The notes under the pieces: generated by a model
Told to the model about the DNA's origin: nothing
Seen by the model: only the letters and a program-made list of their open reading frames with translations
The model's database searches: none
Shown here: positions 56,336 through 64,000 of the stretch, in pieces
How positions within the stretch are numbered: position 1 is the first letter of the stretch
Layout: each line of letters begins with the position of its first letter
Assembly (NCBI GenBank): GCA_951406725.2
Contig: OX597831.1
Location: forward strand, 14,818,001 to 14,882,000
Source of the DNA: Octopus vulgaris
Lineage: Eukaryota
Direction of reading: 5' to 3'
Length of the DNA stretch: 64,000 nt
Position numbers and translations under genes: made by a program

Positions 56336-56500
56336 GTATGTATGCATGCATGTATATATATATGTGCGTGTGTGTATGTATATACATATGTATGCATATA
56401 TATATATATATATATATGGATGTATATATATATGTATGTATGTATGTATGCATGTATGTATTTATATATGTATATGTATGTATGCATGTATGTATATGTA

Positions 56501-56561
<61 letters not shown>

Positions 56562-56944
56562 GTGTATATTTATACATGTAGAAATACATATATACTAATG
56601 TATTTTCGTGTGTATGCGCGTAGCCGTGTTTGCACATGTGTGTGTGTATGTGTATGTGTGTGTGTGTGCGCGCACACGTGTCACAGTAATCCCGCTCACC
56701 TGTCCCAGATTACCTATTTAACAGCCAGGGATATATATAAGATATTCATACCTCGCTGTTTGAATGAGAAAGAAGCAGAGATGCTATCACAGGATCTCTG
56801 ATTTGCGTTAGTGAGTAGTGGACTCGGGTCGCGGACGTTTGCATTTTGGAGGTAAGGGATGGATATGAGAGGGTGACTGTTGACCAACATTAACAGAATA
56901 CGACTCAACTCGTTTGTTAGTCATTTTATTACAATTCTAATTGG

Positions 56945-57075
56945 TGCAGGCGTTGCCGTGTGTCAAGACATTTGCTTCCCAACTTCATAGTTCCGGGTTC
57001 CAGTGAACCATTTAGAAACTTGAGCAAGTGCCTTGTGGGAGGATTTAGTGACGGAAACTGAAAGAAGCCTAACGT
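56945..57075 (+). mobile_element. SINE family B 5' fragment
   Basis: ttgcttcccaac..gttccgggttc...gacggaaactgaaagaagcc. Confidence 0.7.
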
Positions 57076-57100
57076 GTATACATATATATATATATATATA

Positions 57101-57807
57101 TATTATATAGAGGGCATTATTACACATAAATGCCGCACGCTAGGAGGGACTATTAAAGTCAAAACTACCAAAATAAACATATCGTACCGAATGCAGCTCT
57201 CAAAGCAAGTCATTTAAAAATAGAATTTAGCTGCAGATCACCAGTGATTTCGCAATCAACGCATTGTCTGCGTCCCTTTCTTATGAAGATCTTATCTTAT
57301 TTTTAAATTTTAAATTATATTTTTCACCGGAATAATCCAATACTGAATTTTTGTTCCGAGGAAGCACTTTGTGACCGAAATGTAATTCGAAAAAGCCCGC
57401 CATTTACATAGATATATAAGGAGTGAACAGTTCTATATGCTACGGTGGATACGATAGTTGTTCGTCTGGTATGTGGATTTTGTTCATTCATTATACATCT
57501 TGAATTCGCTATACTGACGAGCAAGGGACGCAGACAATCCGTTGATTGCGAAATCACTGGTGATCTGCTGCTAAATTCTGTTTTTAAATGACTTGATTTG
57601 AAAGTTGCATTCGGTACTATATGTTTATTTTGGTAGTTTTGAATTTAAAAGTCCCTCCTAGCGTGCGGCATTTATGTGTAATAATGCCCTCTATATAATA
57701 TAAATAAATATTTTCAAGTGAAAAAATTTACAGATTTTACTCTTATGAGGTTTTTCACGCTAACTACTTGATAATTTCTTATGAAGATTTCATCCTATTT
57801 TAAAATT
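57101..57807 (+). mobile_element. Penelope pLTR-like module with ~178-bp inverted duplication and hammerhead
   Basis: 57101-57279 is the reverse complement of 57522-57700; 57280-57311 repeats 57777-57807 directly; a related copy lies at 31441-31690. Confidence 0.75.
57502..57578 (+). ncRNA. Type I hammerhead ribozyme motif
   Basis: gaauucgcuaua-CUGACGA(57514-57520)-GCAA...UUGC-GAAA(57550-57553)-UCACugGUGA-UC|ugcugcuaaauuc. Helix II is perfect with a G-C closing pair, helix III is near-palindromic, triplet is AUC, and helix I is imperfect. Confidence 0.75.
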
Positions 57808-58168
57808 TTATATATATATATAGTTAGATAGATAGATAGATAGATGTGTGTGTGTGTGTGATAGAGTGTGTGACTTATATAACTTGTAATCATGTTCGTC
57901 ACCTGACGAGGTATTTCTCCACAGTGGAGTGCATTGAAATTGGTTACATTGTTCCTCACCTTCTAGTGACCAGTGCTGAATTATGCCAAGACGTTCGTTG
58001 TTATAAATAAAGTCTCCAGCATACTGTCTCTCTTCGGTATCAAGTATATAGAATATACTCAACGTGTACGGAGGACACATGTATGTATATATGTTTGTAT
58101 GAATGAATGTATATATATATATATATGTGTATATATATATATATATATGTATGTATGTACATACATAC

Positions 58169-58213
<45 letters not shown>

Positions 58214-59194
58214 TGAGGTTGTCCTCCACCCCTGCTTCACAACTGGTGCCTATCTGTTTACGTAAGGTAGCGGGAATAAGCACCACTACTGGAGTGGATT
58301 AATTCAACAATAATATATGAAGCCTGTGCACCAGATTGGCCGCAACCTATTAACTGAAACAAATAAAAAAAAAAGGAAAACGATATATATTAATTTGAAA
58401 GTGCAATCTAAGAAAGTAAACATGCCAGAATCTATGCTCAAAACACAAAAGTCTGTCTGGTATGTCGATCTTGTTTTCGATTCCACCATAAAGAATAGAA
58501 ATAAATAGATTTATAAATTGCTTTTGAAATAATAAGAACAAAGAATTTTTATCAGTCTAGTTTGCTATGAAATCTCATGAAAATTGGAGATGTCTGAAGA
58601 GACGAATAAATATCATTAGATAGACTACAACAATTAAAAATCAAGCAACCCACAGAGATGAGAGAAGATAAAGTAAACGGCTGATATTGTTGAAGTATGA
58701 AACACATGCATACTCAGCTCACAAACATTCACCTACATGTGTGCTATGCAGATATGATTATAAGGAAAATGATTTTCTCCGCTGCACAGAATTCTCTTTG
58801 AAGTGTTCAAGATATTAAACCTTAGGCGTTAGAATAATGTAGAAGAATCAAAGTTAGGCAAATCTCATATACAAATATATTTTTTCAGCCCTTGACCCAA
58901 CAGGCATGGATTTCTCGAAAGTATATTCAATACATCAAGCAATAGATATATAAAAGTATATAGGATAATCAATATATTAAAAATATACATATAAAATATA
59001 TAAATATACTGATATAGACATTAAAAATGTAGTGAAAAAATAAATACATATACACGTCGAGTTATTGATTATAAAACGAAGTCATAACAAGAATTAAGAA
59101 TTTATAGGTTAAGACACCAAAAATTACACCACAAGTCACCCAGAATTTATAGCAATTATTAATCTTCTCTTCATGAGCGATCCAATATAGCAGC

Positions 59195-59900
59195 ATATTA
59201 TAAGACTAGAAAACGAGAAATCCTTTTGTACGCACCACACTTTTCTCAACAGGTTAAATCTTTACCTAAATCATTTAAAAAAAATTTTGTAATCAAACTT
59301 TACCCATCATCATAGATATCCCTATATCTTTAACAAATCGTCAGTCAAATTGTCTTACTGCGGCATACCAGATTTCGGAAATACAATAGCCTCTATTAAT
59401 AGATATATAATTCAGCTTCAGACTTATACACACCCGAACCCTTGCACAGCATCCCATATTAGTTCAAAGAATTTATACAGCAAAACCAATATAAATGGTA
59501 GAACACATAAATAATAACTGTAATTGTCGTATACCTAATACATGCCCGCTTGGAGTCCACTGTCTGCATAAAAATCTAGTTTATAAATGTCTTGTAGAAC
59601 ACCAAGTAAACACCAAGCTAAGACCAACATAAGTAGCACCATAAATTTTAGACAGCGATATCGAGTTCATTAAAATTCTTTTACTAATATAAAATACAAA
59701 TTTTCGACATCATTATCCACACACATACATCATCTTAAATCCCAAAACATACAATATACACTGGCTTGGTCCATAATGAAAGAAGCTCCTTATATTAGAA
59801 AATAGGCGAAATCAAGCTATGCTCAAGAGAGTCTTTAATTATTCTCCGGCTACGCAACCCCTCGATATCAAATAAATTTTCCGACGCTGTCTACTCCTGC
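59195..59900 (+). pseudogene. Second Penelope-like remnant (linker plus GIY-YIG), different lineage from 4957-5745; not visible in the ORF track
   Basis: TRKREILLYAPHFSQQVKS../NFTHHHRYPYIFNKSSVKLSYCGIPDFGNTI..NCNCRIPNTCPLGVHCLHKNLVYKCLV../ISSTINFRQRYRVH*NSF..KFSTSLSTHIHHLKSQNIQYTLAWSIMKEAPY. This matches the PLE pattern RKRxIxWxNPP..IFN..VKxSY..CNCR..CPL..CL..VY..F..R...H..SF..TxLS..LK..W.I. Confidence 0.85.
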
Positions 59901-60147
59901 AAACATAGGATTTACTCAACATTTATGGATTAGGATTCTGGACAGAGGTGAGTACCAACCTTCACATCAATTGAAACTCCCTCCTCCACCAATAGAGTCA
60001 TCAGTAGCCTTATCTTATCATGCAGCTCCTCCTCCAACTACTCAAATCCCTTCCACTCTCTGGTCTTTTGCATATAGTTCTATAAAAATCTCAGAAGATA
60101 ATTCCCATTTGAAAAATGCAGGAAACGAGAGCCTTTTTTATAAACGT

Positions 60148-60240
60148 ATTTTCCCTGATGAAGTGGGTGGTGTCCTATAATGGATGAAAATATATTTTAT
60201 ATGACAGGACATCCAGACCTCCAGAAACGGCCGTAGGTTT
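60148..60240 (+). ncRNA. Type I hammerhead-like motif in the 3' terminal repeat of the Penelope remnant
   Basis: CC-CUGAUGA(60155-60161), then an extended helix II (uggguggUGUCCU...AGGACAuccagaccucca), then GAAA-CGGCCG-UA|GG. Helix III is a perfect palindrome (ACGGCCGU); only 2 bp of helix I remain. Confidence 0.6.
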
Positions 60241-60325
60241 ATTCACTGGATTGGTAAATATCCAAAAATCTCACCCTATACATTCTTAACTCTTTTTATG
60301 ACTTCGTTTTATATTCTGTAAATCG

Positions 60326-60394
<69 letters not shown>

Positions 60395-60550
60395 TAATAT
60401 ATATCTCTGTATATTTATATATTTTTATATGCACATTTTTCATATACCGCTTATTCTATATATTTTGATATATCTATATGTTTGATGTATTGAATGTACA
60501 TTCGGTGAACATTCGGAATGTTTATAAATATACATACATGCATAAAAACT

Positions 60551-60637
<87 letters not shown>

Positions 60638-63178
60638 TAGTTGTTTATACAGAATCATCAGTAGTCTTATCCTTATCTGAAAGAGATCAACACAGATTAG
60701 AGGGACCAATAGACCAGTCCTGGTGTGAGGCTATTTCTGCCACTCTTCAGAACAGGACACCTCATCTGCTAGAAATGTTAGCAGCTCGTTTCTACACGCA
60801 ATATATATTTATATATATATCGGTCGTAATTTCATCGGATGCAGCTGTGTATCGTTATCCAGCTAGAGATATCCTCATGGAATTAAAAAGTAGGAGTAGT
60901 GTTAGCTTAAAGGAGAAAATATGATAAAGTCGTTACGAATATATATATATATATATATATTGATATATATTATGTAGATTATCCTAACCTGATTTTGTCT
61001 TCGTTTGATTTCTGTAATTTTTCACCGGTGAATTTTTCGGCGATTTAATAATAAGAGTTTTCACTGTTATATCAAGCAGGTTGACATACCAATATGTCCT
61101 TTGATTAGTTTTATATATGTATATCATGTATACGCACACATGTTTATATAGCTATACATGTGTGTATGTATGACACATAGTAGATATATCATATATAGAT
61201 ATATATTAGATTAAATATACATGCGTACATGTATGAGAATACTGTGACATCCTTATTACCATAGGCAACACACTCACTCACTCACACACACACACACATT
61301 TACACGTATAAACCTGTATCTTTTGAAGATGACAGTGTTTGTGCTTCTTCCTATCAGAAACTTTTAAACGTGTAGCCGTCTAATAAATTTCTCTTTTATT
61401 TTTCCTTCTAACTTCTTTCAATTATTTGTGTTAACCTTGTCTCTTCCTGTTTATCGTCACCGATTTTCTACACTTCTACTTAAGTATGTTCCAAGCTTTA
61501 CAACTTTTGACGATTCCTCTCATTTTACTACAGTTCAAAGTTGAGCAGTCTGTAAACGATAATTTATTCTGTTGCTCATCTTGAAAAGTTTGCTTATCTC
61601 CAACCGACTGTTTCACCTGCTCGCTTCCCACCATTACTAGTGAATTATTCATATTCTAAGATATTTTATGTATCTAATATCTCTCTCCCTCTCTTCCTCT
61701 CTCCCTCTCTCTCTAGCGTTCCTAATATGCATGTATATATATATATATATATAAGTTGTTATTAATAGAAACAATCATAAAAATAGAATAGATGATGTTG
61801 AAAATGCAGAAAATACATTTAAGGGAAACAAAGAACCTGTTATTGTTGCCTGATTGGAACCTTTCATATTGAATTAGTATACATTTTACGTTATGGCAGT
61901 ACAGGCCTAGCAATATTATCTTTAATCTATCGATTTAAAATCATTAAAGTTGATAATTGAATTTATAATAAAACCTTAAAGGACATTAATGGCATTATCG
62001 ATTATATTATATAAACACGTTTGTGGTTTAAGATCCTATAATGTGATGCTGCATTGCAATATTGTAAACTAAAATCAAATTAAATTATATTATCAGTAAG
62101 ATAAGAATTAGAAATTAAATATATCACAGACCTGTATATAACCCGATAATAAGTTTTCCATAATTAAATACACGAATGTATAAGATTAGATTCACAACAA
62201 AGGAAATCCGCAAAGAGTATATTTTTCTGGTTACCTCAGAGCTCTTTTTATATGGATTTATTCAGAGTTATTAGAGACGAAGCAAAGGAAGCTGTGAGAA
62301 TAATATTTGATAAAGACTCATCGGCGCGGTGTTACGGGGCTTGTTGCAATATTTGTGTATCAATTCTAACCGAATCATAAAGTTAACCTACTATTTGTAA
62401 ATGGCCCGTATGAATCTCGATACCTTAGAATCTCTGCTGCTAAACTGGGCCTAGGAAATGTGTCTGTGTGATTTACATGCCATCGGGAAGAAAAAACGTT
62501 CTAGTTCAATAAACAATTTTGATATAATATTTATTTTAACTATTTTTCAGGAATCAGAATTTTTCGTGTTGCACCACAGATGGAAAGGATACGCTGTGGC
62601 ACTTCTGACTATGCTTGTGGAAATACTCTGAGTGAAGGTTCATAGCATGATATTGTGCGTTTCACACACAACTGCATATGCCTCATGCAACAGAAACACG
62701 TGTCAGTCATTTTTACTAACATATTATGCTGTATATTTAACTGTTAGATTAAAGAAACAATTTGAAGATGTACCAGACTTTGTAATCGTTTTGAATTTAC
62801 ACTCCAGAAAATATACATAATCTAACGAAGCGAACTCGAATTTACCAATCAAAGAATTAAAGTGGAATTGTTTTCCCTCAACGGTTTTTGATACCTCTTA
62901 CTACTTGATGTGGTTTGTCTGAATCTGGAATATACCTCAGAGTGCTTAGAGTACCAGTATGGATAATTTGTCCCTATATACTCATTCTGTATATAGACAT
63001 CATAAGAATTTATAAATTTCGAGAGAAGTTGCGACTGAAGAACGTTTGAACGTTTCTCAACACATGAAACTATTAGCAGCGCTTAAATGCATGTAGTACA
63101 CCGTTTAAATAGGTAAATAACATTTATCACTCACCAGATTGAGTACATGTTGAATTTTCTATCACAGAATGATACATT

Positions 63179-63228
<50 letters not shown>

Positions 63229-63480
63229 TACGCGTTGTGAGATGTCGATAAACATCGTTAAACTGTTGTTATTATGTTAATGTTCCTATCCAATTTCGTG
63301 TTAGTTATAACCGTGAGAGAAGCTGATATAAACTAAAGTACGGTACACAAAAGCGAGTACACACTCATTCACCCACAGGCTCAAGTATAACAAACACATA
63401 GTCAGATACGCAAATAATGTACCCCTTCAAAAATACTTTTGTCATTAGGTTGAAGATATTTGAGCGTAATTAAGATGATA

Positions 63481-64000
63481 TTCTTTTCTACTCTAGGCAC
63501 AAGGCCAGAAAATTTTGTGGAAGGGGCCAGTCGATTAGATCGACCCCGTAACACAACTGGTACTTAATTTATCGACATCCGAAAGGATGAAAGCGAATGT
63601 CGACCCCGGCGGAATTTGAACTCACAACGTAACGGCAGACGAAATACCTATTTCTTTACTACCCACAAGGAGCTAAACACAGAGCGGACAAACAAGGACA
63701 GACACACGGATTAAGTCGATTACGTCGACCCCAGTGCGTAACTGGTACTTATTTAATCGACCCCGAAAGGATGAAAGGCAAAGTCGACCTCGGCGGAATT
63801 TGAACTCAGAACTTAGCGACAGGCGAAATACCTATTTCTTTACTGCCCACAAGGGTTTACACACAGAGGGACAAACAAGGACAGACAAACGGATTAAGTC
63901 GATTACACCGACCCCAGTGCGTAACTGTTACTTATTTAATCAACCCCTCAAGGATGAAAGGCAAAGTCGACCACGGCCGAATTTGAACTCAGAACGTAGC
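63481..64000 (-). mobile_element. SINE family A tandem array (~183-bp units), runs off the window edge
   Basis: aggatgaaag recurs at 63584, 63768 and 63951 with colinear units. Confidence 0.93.

Noticed and set aside
63030-63085. CUGAAGA..GAAA spacing (also 44055-44061, 14770-14795 minus, 34470-34495 minus)
   Set aside because: No compatible helix III/NUH or helix I can be drawn.

Overview
This is AT-rich, gene-poor eukaryotic DNA, most likely an intron or intergenic stretch of an octopus (coleoid cephalopod) genome. That assignment is inferred from the tRNA-derived SINE families and the extreme (AT)n/(AC)n/(ATCT)n/(ATAC)n microsatellite load. No host protein-coding exon can be supported, and almost every ORF in the supplied track is a translated microsatellite. 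The window is a patchwork of mobile DNA: (i) two abundant SINE families, one forming ~183-bp tandem multimers and one CORE-like with an internal microsatellite, including a tail-to-tail inverted pair; (ii) two decayed Penelope-like (RT/GIY-YIG) remnants; (iii) three RTE-clade LINE 3' ends; (iv) two mariner fragments and a TA-flanked MITE; (v) several non-autonomous Helitrons, one carrying a PIF1-helicase fragment and one abutting a SINE-derived 34-bp minisatellite. The most notable signal is a set of at least five unrelated type I hammerhead ribozyme motifs (CUGANGA...GAAA...NUH, mostly with a palindromic helix III). They lie in short terminal-repeat-like modules, two of them with inverted repeats and one directly downstream of a GIY-YIG remnant. 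This suggests several Penelope or retrozyme-type ribozyme-bearing element families. All calls were made by eye, without database searches or folding software.
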